This document shows positions 49,641 through 61,160 of a DNA stretch of 64,000 nt, in pieces. Numbering within the stretch: the stretch's first letter is position 1; every line of letters starts with the position of its first letter. The notes below the pieces were generated by a model. The model had not been told where the DNA came from. It saw only the letters and a list, made by a program, of their open reading frames with translations, and did no database searches. A program made the position numbers and the translations under genes. This DNA is from Camelus dromedarius (Eukaryota): NCBI RefSeq assembly GCF_036321535.1, contig NC_087436.1:44208001-44272000 (forward strand), given 5' to 3'.

Positions 49641-52600
49641 TTTTGACCTTGTGTCAGATTTGACCTGAAGAGCTGAATCCTGGAACAGCTGTTGTCTTCA
49701 CATTTTTTAAGAGATTTACACATTTACCCTGCATTGTAATTGGCTGTAATACAGCCATTCCATAATTATCTGCATGAGGAAGATATTTAATATTTCATGC
49801 TTGATATGATTCTTATTGTCAAATGAGTATTTTATTTATGTTATCTTCATATGGAAATATCTTTATGGAAGCTATTATAATATGTTCATAAAATTTCTTT
49901 TGAAATTTTAATGGTCAAAATTTGTGGCCTGTGGTGGATTTGTATGCTTAACTGTATACATATTTATGATTGGTTGTCTAAGTCACTTTATGTTGCTCTC
50001 TTTGGTATGAAGAGCAGTGCTTTGGAGGGTCTTCTTTCCTTTTGTAGCCTGATTCCAGGAGTTACTTGGCTTAATGAATAATATGGTAATTTTCAGACAT
50101 GTGAGATCTGAAAGCAGGTCTGTCTGGGATGTGTCTCATTCCTTGAGATAAGAAGCCAAATGACTTGCACTGGGGTTTAAAGATTAAAAAGTCAGGATTT
50201 AAAGATATATTGGATTCATTTGCCCCATATAATTCCTTCCAGGTTCTTTTTATGCTCTATCTCTCTGACTTTAGGGGAAAGGAGAAATGGAAAAAGAAAT
50301 GACTATTACTTACCAGAGGAGAAAAAGGAGTCTCTTGCTTAAGTCATCTCTGTTTTGCTTCAACCATAAGCTTGTAAATGTTGTATTTAATAACTTAAAC
50401 TCTAATAAAGAATTTGAGAAATTGGAAGATAAAAACATAGAACAATATAGTTGCTTTTAAATCAGTAAATGAAGTTTAAAGTGTTCTTTTTCCTTTAGCC
50501 TTTCTTCTTTTGAATTAACCTCGGGGAGTAACTGTGGCGCTAATGCTCTCCCATTGGTGGGTCTTCATGCACAGATGTGTTTGAGCAATAATCTGATCCA
50601 TGAAGAAATATTCCATGTGAGAGAAAATTGGAAAATTTTGTGTTTTATTCAATGAATTTACTCAGTCTGACATTTCCATGCTAACGCAGAACCAATCTGA
50701 AAAAGATAGTCAGAATGGAAGAACTATTAAGAGAAAGTGAGAAGTAGATACCTTTACAACTGAGCTCAGCATATTGTGAATGGCCTGAAGATGGAGCTCT
50801 CTGCAAAGTTTTCATGTAGAGTATGACGTCAGCATCTGGGTATAGGGGCTTGTTAACAGACTTTTAAAACTTACCTCTTCCCCAGGACTTTGTTTCATAA
50901 TCTGCTTGAAATGTAAACTTAGGCACTGTGTTTTTAAATGCAAAGAATTGATGAAAAATTACACAGAGCTATTTTTTTTTTTTTTTTGGTTGTTTTGAAA
51001 TGGTAGCCTAATTTATGTCTTAAAAGAACCTCCCTAGCAGGTGTTCTTCTTTTTTGTTTCTAAACTCTTCCATGGCCTCGTATTTGGTCATAGTGGTCAT
51101 AGTTCATTATGCAATCTTCATGGTGGACATTTTCCGTTAATTGTGCTTGATATCTCCTTTTCCACAGCTATCATGTTTATCTTTCCTACTTATTTTCCTT
51201 TTAGATATGAGATACTACATACAGGGAAAAAACCATGTATTTCAGTTAGATATTAGCAATGTTTCAGAACTGTTTTGTGGTCCAAAAGAAACATTTACTG
51301 TGGAGATCTGTATCTAGTTTTATTTTTTAAACGAATGAGTGTCCATTTCCCTTCTCTCCCTCGCATACTTATTGAAAGGAATTTACTGTTACTAATTTTT
51401 CTTCATACACAGTTGCCAAATCTTTTTGATGCTTTATGTTTCTCTCTTTTTTTTTACATTTATATATGTATGCTTTATAAACCTATGATCACTTTTGAGA
51501 TGGAGCTTTGTACTTATGTAAGATCTTAGGATGGATATGAAAACATTCATTTTTTAAAAAATCTTGCTTATTTAGGATTTAGTGTGAACTTCATGAAAAA
51601 AAGTTGTTACGAATATTTTCTCTGTCTCCTTTTGTTTCAGTCAAGCTGCACTCTGAGCAGTGCTTGAGATAACTTCATAATCATATCTGATGAACAAAAG
51701 CAGTATTTTTTAATTCTAAAATTTTAAATTACAAAGTCATTCTAAACCCCAGGTGAGACACTCTCCAACATGAGTAAAACGCATCCTGTCATAACTATTC
51801 TTTAATTGTTATGTGATGGTTTAGTTAAGATGTTTAATCAAGCTTCAGAGATGGTGTGATAAGAATTGATCTTGTCAATCTTTCTGTGAATGAGCAAGCT
51901 GCTCACTCATTAAAAAAATACTAAATTCTAAAGAGCACTGTCTACATACTGGAAAATAACATCTCTACTCCATTTAATTACAGAACTGAAATCCTAAAGC
52001 TTACTGTCTCAAAACAAAACCAAAAATGTATACAAAGCTTAAGAAGCATATTTTGGTGTAGTTGATAGCCATCACTTAGCTATATCTGTTTAGGTGTTTT
52101 TAAAATCTACATATCTCTATATAAACATGCACATAGATATGTTTACATATACATACAGTAACATTTGGTCAGAATATTGGAATGACTATTTAAAAAGTTA
52201 AAGAACAATGAATGTCTGATTACAGTTTATTAAAAAAAAAAAGTAAAAAATATGCCATGAATGGCAGTAACTAATTTGTTTTCCACTTTTTAAATAAATG
52301 AAAAGCAAATGGATGCAGATTGTACAATGCATATTTTTAAATATGGAATTTTCCCAGTTTGAGTAATAGTTGTACCTAGCTATTTAAAAAGATTATAGTA
52401 ATTACTGGGTCTTTGCTACTATAGAAACTTCACCAAATTAATAGTTTTCTTTGTATTGAGCTGAATCTTTAGAAATTCACCTTTTCTTGAGAAAGATGTG
52501 AATGTAGTAAACATTGATGGCCTTGGTTGTACTAGTTATTTAGCTAATGCATCAACCTGTTGTTAACATTTTAAGCCCAGATTGAGACGATTTGCTTTAA

Positions 52601-55005
52601 TTTGAAGGGAGAATTGCAGGAAATGTGGACTTCTCTGAAGTAATTCCTCTCTTTCTTCTAGCAGGAGTCCTCCTAGAAAACCTTGCTGAAATTTCAGTCT
52701 CTCCCCGTTCCTAGCCATTCTTGGCCAGGCACCCCTCAGTGGTTCCCACAGTACCCTGTACTTAACTCTTCCACAAATGTCAGTTTGAAAGTCTTTTTAT
52801 TGCTAATTTGGCTTTTGACAACTTAAAACGCATAACCGTATCCTTCTACAGTAAGTTATCTTTACATTTCTTTGATATTCTTTGAATCTGGTTAAAAACC
52901 AGATTCATTTTAAAAAAGTAATATCTATTTAAAAAGGTAATAGATTGTATTATTAATTTGTCAGCATAAATTGCCATGAATAATTATTTTTATATGAGAT
53001 TTGGGGAGATATAATGAGTGGGATTGTCATAGTAGTTTGTGAACAAATGGACATATACTGTGAAACTGTCCATTTGGTTTCATGTTTTCAGTATTGTGGA
53101 CTGTTTTCTCAGCACTGTGATGAATTCATCTGAAATCCATTAAAATCCACTTGTAGCCATGAAATTCAGAAGGCAGAGAAATCATTTAATCCCCCTATGG
53201 CATGATGAGCAAAAGAGGATCTTCCATGGTGCCAGTGATTAAAATTTCAGCTCAGGAGTCTTCTCAGTCATTTGGTCTCTTCTTCATTTACTCCCACCTT
53301 TGTACCCTTGAGATACCCTTGAGATTAGGGTTTAATTATCACCAGTTTTAACATGATCCTAAAATGCCACAGAAAAAATGCCCCATCCATTGCTAAATTG
53401 ATTTTTTTCCAACTTAGTCACTTATTTGCATATTTAAGAGATTATCCAAGGAACCTACAAAGGTGATTTTTCCCCTCTCTTTCAAAATCTGCTATTCAAG
53501 AGCCCTATGAACATCTTAAGTTACTTCCTTTACCACCTTGCCACATCCTCTTCCAAATCTTTTTTGTCTTAAGTTCTGTGGTCAATTATCCTGTTTGAAA
53601 CTGATGAATAAGAACTATTCACAGACCTCTCACCAACCCAGAAGATTAAGAGTCTCTCTGGGTATTTCCAATGGTGAAAAATTAGACTAAGTAAAATAAT
53701 ATTCAATTGAAATTTTTCGAATGAAAAATTTATTTGCATATATATACCCAGATAGCTATGATGTCTTTGAACACTATAATATTTTCTTTTTAAATAAATA
53801 TTAAAAACAAAATTTTGTTTTATTTTGGTGTGATTTAGGATAACACACAAGGATGCATCATTAGCCAAACATGAGTTACAGGACACAAAATGAAAAAGAT
53901 TGACTTAGGCATTGTAATGCAGAAAAAAGGATATGCAGCAAATAGTGGGCTATAATTAGAATTTAAGTGAGCACTCTTGATGCTAAAATGAGCTATTCAC
54001 ACTTTTACATGAAAACAGGATTGGGTTTTTAGAGTAATCCCAGTCATAGCTAAATCACAGTGGATTGTGGTCAGTTCAAGAAAAACAGCACAACTAATTA
54101 AACAAAACAGAAAAACAATGAAATCATATAACTGGGTTTTTTATTTAGAATGCAGGGTGTGAGGAGTGGCAGCTTGATAAGAGGAGCAAGGCGATGTTGA
54201 TGGTAACTTGAGGCAATTTTGAGAACTTTAGATATTGGTATTTAAAAAAAATCTAAATTCCATAGTTAAGATGTTTTTTCCTTATAGCAATATATCATTA
54301 GCTCACCAACACTTTTCAACAAGAATTAGAGTCCTCTCCACAACTTACAGATGCAAGAGAATCTAAAATAAAATGGTTGATTTTCTAGGGTAAACAAATA
54401 AGAGAAGGGAGAAGTAAAATGAACATTGAAGTATGTATATATGTGTTTATACATATATATATATATTTCCTAAAGAATATATATGTATATATAATACATG
54501 TTTTTAAGGAATATATATAGGTAATTTAGCTATAAACAACTTAAAATGCATATTTTCTTCCTCAGTATTATATTTTTACATTTATTTGATATTCCATTTA
54601 GAATCTGATCAAATAAAAATGTTTGTTTTAAAAAGGTAAGTAGCTTGTTGTATTATTAACTTGTCAGTGTAAGACTACCATCAACAATTATTTTTATATG
54701 AGATCATGTAAATTATACAAATTCATATATATATATGAATGGTCAATGGTGAAAGAAAATAAATAGGGAACATAGTGTATATGCCTAATCTTGGACAAGT
54801 AGAAAGGGAGTAGTAGGGAAGAGAAGATGGATGAGCCAAGGGCAGCTTGGTTCCTGGTATAGATGGAGGGATGGAGGAGGCAGTGTGCAATTAGGTTATC
54901 TTTCTTATTAATGGGTCATTTATATGAATAAATATTTGTTTATAGTTTATAAGTCCCACTTTGAGGACTGATAACCTCCTTCAAAGATATTTTCATCTGC
55001 TCTGT

Positions 55006-55098
55006 ACCAGGCTTGCTGGCATGGATCTGTAGTACACGTTCAGTGGGCAGCTGAGGGTGCAGGAGGACCACAGCCCAGAACTTCTGAGTTATTGCACC
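55006..55098 (+). pseudogene. Decayed 7SL (SRP RNA) 5' fragment
   Basis: accaggcttgctggcatggatctgtagt...gctgagg..caggagga..agcccagaacttctgagtt is colinear with the recalled 7SL 5' sequence. Confidence 0.6.
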
Positions 55099-55265
55099 TT
55101 TATACAATTTTGCTACAAAACTTTTTTTTTTTAACTACAAAATGCTAACGAAACTTTTTTTTAAACAACAAAATGCAGATGGTAACTCTTCGACAGAGAC
55201 TTTGTCTTGCTTTTTTAGATAGGCAATTCTACTAAATATGATATAATGTTAGAGTCAGGGCAACT

Positions 55266-56216
55266 TCTTTTTTGTTTGTTGTTTTATTTTTTAGAGCAGT
55301 TTCAGGTTTACAAAAAAAAAAAAAATAGAGAAGAAGGTACAGTAATTTCCCGTATACCTCCTGTTCCTACACATGCATATCTTTCCTCATCATCAACATG
55401 TCCCACTAGAATGGTACATTTGTGACAACTGATAAACCTACATTGATACATCACCATCACCCAAAGTCCACATTTTACATTAGGGTTCACTCTTGGTGTT
55501 GTTGGACAAATGCATAACAACATGTATCTACCATTATAGTGTTATACAGAATATTTTCATTACTCTAGAAATCCTGTGTGGTCTCCTTATTCATCCCTCC
55601 CTCCCACCTAACCCCTGGCAACCACTTAATCTTTTTACTGTCAGTATAATTTTGCCTTTACCAAGATGTTATATAGTTGTAATCATACAGTACATAGTCT
55701 TTTCATATTGGTTTCTTTCACTTAATAATATGTATTTAAGGTTCCTCCATTTCTTTTCATGGCTTGATAGCTTTTTTTTTTTTTCAGTGCTGAATAACAT
55801 TCTATTGTCTGGATGTCCCAGAGTTTTTTTATCCATTCACCTACTAAAGGTTGTCTTGGTTGCTTTCAAGTTTTGGCAATTATAATAAAGCTGCTATAAA
55901 TAACCATGTGCAGGCTTTTGTATATACATAAGTTTTCAACTCCTTTGAGTAAACACCAAATAATGTGATTAATGGATCATGTGGTAAGAGTGTATTTAGT
56001 TTTAGAAGAAACTACCAAGCTGTCTTCCAAAGTGGCTATACTGGTTTATATTTCCACCAGCAATGAATGAGAGCTGGTGTTGTTCCATGCTTTCACCAGC
56101 ATTTGGTGTTGTCAATATTTCGGATCTCAACCATTCTAATAGGTGTGTAGTGGCATCTTGTCTTCATTTGCATTTCCGTGATGATGTAAGGTATGGAACA
56201 ACTTTCTATATGCTAA
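55266..56216 (-). mobile_element. L1MC1-like 3' end
   Basis: ttttagagcagtttcaggtttaca...tggtacatttgtgacaactgataaacctacattgatacatc..cacccaaagtcca..ttagggttcactcttggtgttg. Confidence 0.9.
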
Positions 56217-56621
56217 TCACTAATTCTTAACTGCTCCAATGAAACAAAGATAAACTGACAAGTACTTCAGAGAGAGTTAGTTTATTTGTTCACTACCTTC
56301 TTACAGAGGTTAACAACTAACTATATGTAATAAGCATTCTAAAAACACAGGCATCATTTTGAAGTGAGTCACAGAAATTTTTTTTTGATTGGTACTTATC
56401 TATCTCTGAAATTTTAATGGAAATAATGAAAAAATTCCAGTAAATATCCAAATATTATTTTGTACATGCTGAAAGCGACATATATAAGGCTATCTATACA
56501 AATATTAGAATTTAGCATACTATTTTATATTTTACATATATAGATATTTGATAAAATAATATCAATTTAGAAGTTCTATGGATTTCAGTCTATCTTTCTA
56601 GAAGAGCTCTAATTGACTTTA

Positions 56622-56735
56622 TATTCATTAATCAATAAATATTTATTGAGTACTTATTAAATGTCAGGTTCTGTATAATGTTCTGAGGAAACAGTGCTCA
56701 ATAAACTGCCCGTGTACTCATAGAGCTTGGGTTTT
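56622..56735 (-). mobile_element. L2 3' end
   Basis: attcattaatcaataaatatttattgagtactta...ctcatagagctt. Confidence 0.7.
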
Positions 56736-57131
56736 CAGAGACCAGCTGCATTACAAGGTATGAGCATGTAATTATGCTACTTGGTTCAAAGATTAGAAGT
56801 GAAGTTGGGAAAGGCATCCATAGTTTATAAGGATAATTCCATGTTAACTCTTTTCTTGCTCCTTTTTTTCTCCTTCAAATATCAGTTTTATCCAGAAATC
56901 CATTTTCAATTAATTTTTATTTTCACCTAGTAAAGTCTCATTCAATTGAGATATTATTTAATCCATTCTTTTTATTGATACTCTGCACAAAGAAACTCTT
57001 CTAAATATTTAAATTTTCAAACTCTGCACAGGAAATGTTTCAGTATGCTCAATAGTTTTTTCTTTCTTCTTCTTTTTTTTTTTTTTTTTAGTTTTCCCAC
57101 TGTTCTCTTTTCTAATCCTTTATTTATTTTT

Positions 57132-57220
57132 TAAAATTTTATTTTTGTGCAGAGGTACTGGGGATTGACCCTAGGACCTCTCTCATGCTAAGCACATGCT
57201 CCACCACTGCTCCAACCCCC
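57132..57220 (-). mobile_element. tRNA-derived camelid-type SINE
   Basis: gaggtactggggattgaccctaggacctctctcatgctaagcacatgctccaccactg is the reverse complement of the family at 45766; possible TSD atttattttt. Confidence 0.85.
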
Positions 57221-57454
57221 ATTTATTTTTATTTTCTGATGATTTTTTAAAAGATTACTAATCTAAAAAGTCAGATAAATATTTGTTAATTTTCTCCCTG
57301 TTCATTTATTTATGTGGTAATGAGAATTTGAAGACTGTAGGAAGAATAAACTAGGGGAGTGGCAAGACCAAAAATACTTTATGGAAGAAAAGTAGTATTT
57401 GACTTAATCTGGAAACATTTTTTTCCCCTCTGCACTAGCATGTCTTCCAAAATG

Positions 57455-57479
57455 AAAAAAAAAAAAAAAAAAAAAAAAA
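57455..57479. repeat. Poly(A) tract
   Basis: Seen directly. Confidence 0.9.
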
Positions 57480-57890
57480 GGAAAAGAAGGAATGGAACAT
57501 ATTTGATTCTATTATATATGTTTACAAAGTCACTGAAGGGATTTATTGGGCATTTGTTTGTCCATAAATCCTACAAATATAAAGAAAAAGTATATCCAAA
57601 TAGATCTGAATAATATTAATTGGCCAGTTATGATATCAAACTGATGGGCATCATAATCCATTGGAATTTATTGTAAGGGCCCAACTTTTGCATAAAGTGT
57701 TAGTATACCTTTGAATCTGACTACAGCTGGTAATATTTGATTTGTTTTAGAAACTAATGCATTGAAATAAAATGCAATTATGATTTTGCAAAAAACACCA
57801 GCCCATTTGGACTCTGCAAATGTCTTTTAAATATAATACATAGCCATTGATTCTCCTCTGTATTATTTAAATATAGAAGAAAGCATAGGT

Positions 57891-58025
57891 AAGGTGACCC
57901 TATATCCTAGACTTGCTGGAATGTCCTGGTTTACACTTATTGTAGATTAATTAATGCCTGTTAATTGTTTCAGCACTCCCTTTCACTCTCAACAGTGTCC
58001 TAGTTTGAACAGAAATATATCCTTG
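57891..58025. mobile_element. MER94-like hAT-Blackjack MITE
   Basis: aggtgaccctatatcc...gtcctggtttacac...ccctttcactctcaacagtgtcctagtttg. Confidence 0.7.
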
Positions 58026-58334
58026 CTTTATTAATAGATTCAAGGGTTTAATTTTGTCAAGACAACTAAATTAAACAAATAATCATTTCCCCCCACAAAA
58101 TTTAGACCTAATTTAAAACATTTTGAAAAAGTGACAGAAATTACAAAATCTACATGTAAAATTTTGGAGTTGGATTCTGACTAGGCTAGTAATTGATCCC
58201 TAGGACAATATGAAGATGTCACCTTTAATTCTTTAAGCCCTAATATTCTGTTTCAATTTGCTTTATATGCTTTATAAAGCTTTGAAGGGCCACATTAGAG
58301 TTTCTAAACATGGATTTAGGAATGTGACTACTGT

Positions 58335-58480
58335 TAATAGCAGTCGATACTTTAATCAGTCTTTAGCACAAGCCAGATACTGTTTTTATGCATTATTTCT
58401 CTTAATCTTCAAAGCAACACAATGAGGCAGTACTATTATTATTCCTATTTTACAGTTGAGGAGACTGAAACTTAGAGTGA
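58335..58480 (-). mobile_element. MIR SINE
   Basis: tactattattattcctattttacagttgaggagactgaaacttagag. Confidence 0.8.
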
Positions 58481-59134
58481 TCTGTGTCCTTTCTATCTTC
58501 TACTTTGCTGAAGAATTAAATATATAAATAAATTCTAAATGAACAAGGTGAAATAGGTACATTTCAGCTTTTACCAATGAATATAATAATAATTGGCTTC
58601 CTAACTCTCATTAAATGTTTAGTAACTGCTGAGATATTACATTTTTATATTGGAAAGATTGCTCACAGAAGATGTAGCTTATACATTCCTTGAGATATTT
58701 TAAATTTTACTCTAGGATCAAGCCATACCATTGGGCATACATATTTGATACTATTGTTTGGAGTATTAAAAATGTTCTTTTTCTGAGCTAGGTTCTAGGT
58801 TATTCCCTGAGTTTGCTTTTAAGGGCACTATGAGAAGGTACTACATTGTTGTTGTTGTTCACTTGTTTGTCTATTATTTTTAGATGACTCTTTGCTCTTT
58901 CTCATAGTGTCCACCAGAGGAGAAGCCATGTTTCTTCTGAGTTGTTGGTACAGCTTCTATTTTATAGGCATTGTGAATTTTGTTTCTGATTGCATTGCTT
59001 TCTTTCTTTGGTTCCCAGAAAATCAGAACCAAATTTATGATTCACTTTTTGTATTAGACAAAATTTTCAATGCACGTTTCTTGGGCTAATTTTAACTCTG
59101 GCCTCCTTTTCTTTCTCTATCCTTACTAGCAAGA

Positions 59135-59380
59135 CCATGGATATAGAGTCAGATCACCTGGGTTCAAATCCCAATCTCAACTGCTCCTCAATTGTGGAGC
59201 TTTGAGCAAGTTCATTACCTCCTCTTAGCCTCAGTTTCCCATCTGTAGCAAATGAGTATAACAATAGATTGACTTCCTAAGATTGTTATGAGAAATAAAT
59301 GAGATAATGCATGTGGAATGCTTAAAACACTATCTGACATATAATATAGTGTGTGTATGTACATCTCTGTGTATTATTAT
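59135..59380 (+). mobile_element. MIR SINE
   Basis: agagtcaga.cacctgggttcaaatccca...gcctcagtttcccatctgta...aaatgagataatgcatgt. Confidence 0.88.
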
Positions 59381-60989
59381 GCCACTATATTGCTCAAAAA
59401 TTTATTAATTTACTCCTATCCTTTTTATATTGAGGCTTAAAATAGATATTAAAATGCCTTTTTATATGTAGCATGAAACATAAACTTATAAAAACTCTCA
59501 TCAAATTGGGCTATTTCCCAAAGTACATTAGATTAAGTCTACAGTCACAAAATACAGTATAGTTTATTATAAATTTAGTTTATTTTGTTAATTTTCATAA
59601 AATATTTATAGAATTTAAGTAAAAACCAGAAAACTTGTACAGATGAATAGCTTTGAATGATATGTAATCAATAGGCTGCAGAGTTAAGAGAAACTGATTA
59701 AATAAGCATACACTTCTGATTATGCTAGGATAGAAAAGGAATCTATTAAGTAGATAATGTCTTATAAAAAAGAAAGCATATATAAAGTAAATATGAAATT
59801 TTGCCAATACTTAACCTTTTCAAGGAAATGAAAGTATTTTCTGTTCCATTGTGTGGGAGGAAGCATTTGAGTTTCAACCACAAAAGCAAGCATGTCCAGG
59901 CAATTGAGCATATGCAGGGGTGGTTGGCCAGGCCCCATTTCTGCAACATGTTCATGAAAGATGGGTTAATTAGGTTAAAACTCTGGCTTTCAGAAAAAAT
60001 TTATTGAGGGTAATTGGCTCTTGTGGGTACATTGTACTTAACATTTCTTTTTATATCTTCAAAGTTTGACCAAGCTATACAATAGGAAAATGTTTTCACT
60101 TGAAGCCTAAAACTAGCATTAAATTACAGGGGATAAAGTTGTTTTCATTTTCAGTTTCTCTGAGTTTTATTATTAAGACTGTTTGCATTACGCTTCCAGA
60201 TAGTTTTGTTTGTTTCTAGATTATTAATGTTTATCCTGGCCTATATTATTTTCATTTGGTTCTCCATAAATACCAGAAATCTAGTGGTCAGTCTCACTAT
60301 TCTGGATACCATCCAAGTCTTAGCCTTGGACTATAGGACTTGTCACTGGGAAGATTCAATGGAAGAAATTTTAAGTGAAAGACCCTTCAAAACAAGGTCT
60401 TCAATTTACTGAAATTTAGAAAGAGGACCAAGTTGTGTAATAAGTGCTTGAGGGTCATTTGTTGCAGGGTACAGGAGGAAGAGGGAGTGAATGATTAGCA
60501 GGATTAGAGGGGTAGGACGCATCCAGCATTATAACAAAAGTAAAGTTAGAATGGAGGGAGAAGGGAACTGGGAAAAAGAAAAGGTTATTTATTGCTTCAT
60601 ATTAATGAGACACAAACTGGGGACTAGTCTTGGAATAGGATCAAAGCTTCTTCCTAGCAATCTGAGGTCAAAAGCAAGTAATCACCCCTCTTTAAGGGTT
60701 AATAGCTTGACTCCATTCATTCATTCAGTAGTTGCATACCCCAAGTTGAAATGAATTAATGTAATCAGCATGGCTCTTGTGCATAATCTTGATGCTCCTT
60801 GTTTGATTCCTGTAGAATCAAATTGATAATTATGATGCCAAGAATCCAATGGATTCACATGGACTGCTATGTAGTGGTAAGGAAAGAAAGAGAAGATGGC
60901 CCAGAAATTCATGTAATTTCAATGCTTGGATTTAAAAGGTATTATCATGCTGCTTTTCTTCTTCCCCTGAAATACTTTTCCCAGTTATA

Positions 60990-61160
60990 ATAATAAAGGC
61001 AAACAATTACTGAAAATATATTATGCACCAGATACTTTAATATCTCATTTAACTTAATCCACAGAAAAATGCTGCGATTTACCTTCTTAAATTAGTACAT
61101 GAGAAAAATGAGGGTTACAGATATTACATGACTTTTTCAGGTTCTACAACTAGTAGGTGA
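60990..61160 (-). mobile_element. Degraded MIR
   Basis: atctcatttaa...catgagaaaaatgagggttacaga...ctagtaggtga. Confidence 0.6.

Noticed and set aside
50875..50925. 51-nt minus-strand frame (PKFTFQADYETKSWGR) before a consensus donor
   Set aside because: The acceptor is purine-rich and weak, and the peptide is unrecognised.
55006..55098. Alu element or primate contamination
   Set aside because: A single, highly diverged fragment with a 7SL-type continuation; no true Alus occur elsewhere in the window.
55493..55885. Longest ORF (130 aa, hydrophobic)
   Set aside because: Antisense reading of the L1MC1 3' UTR.
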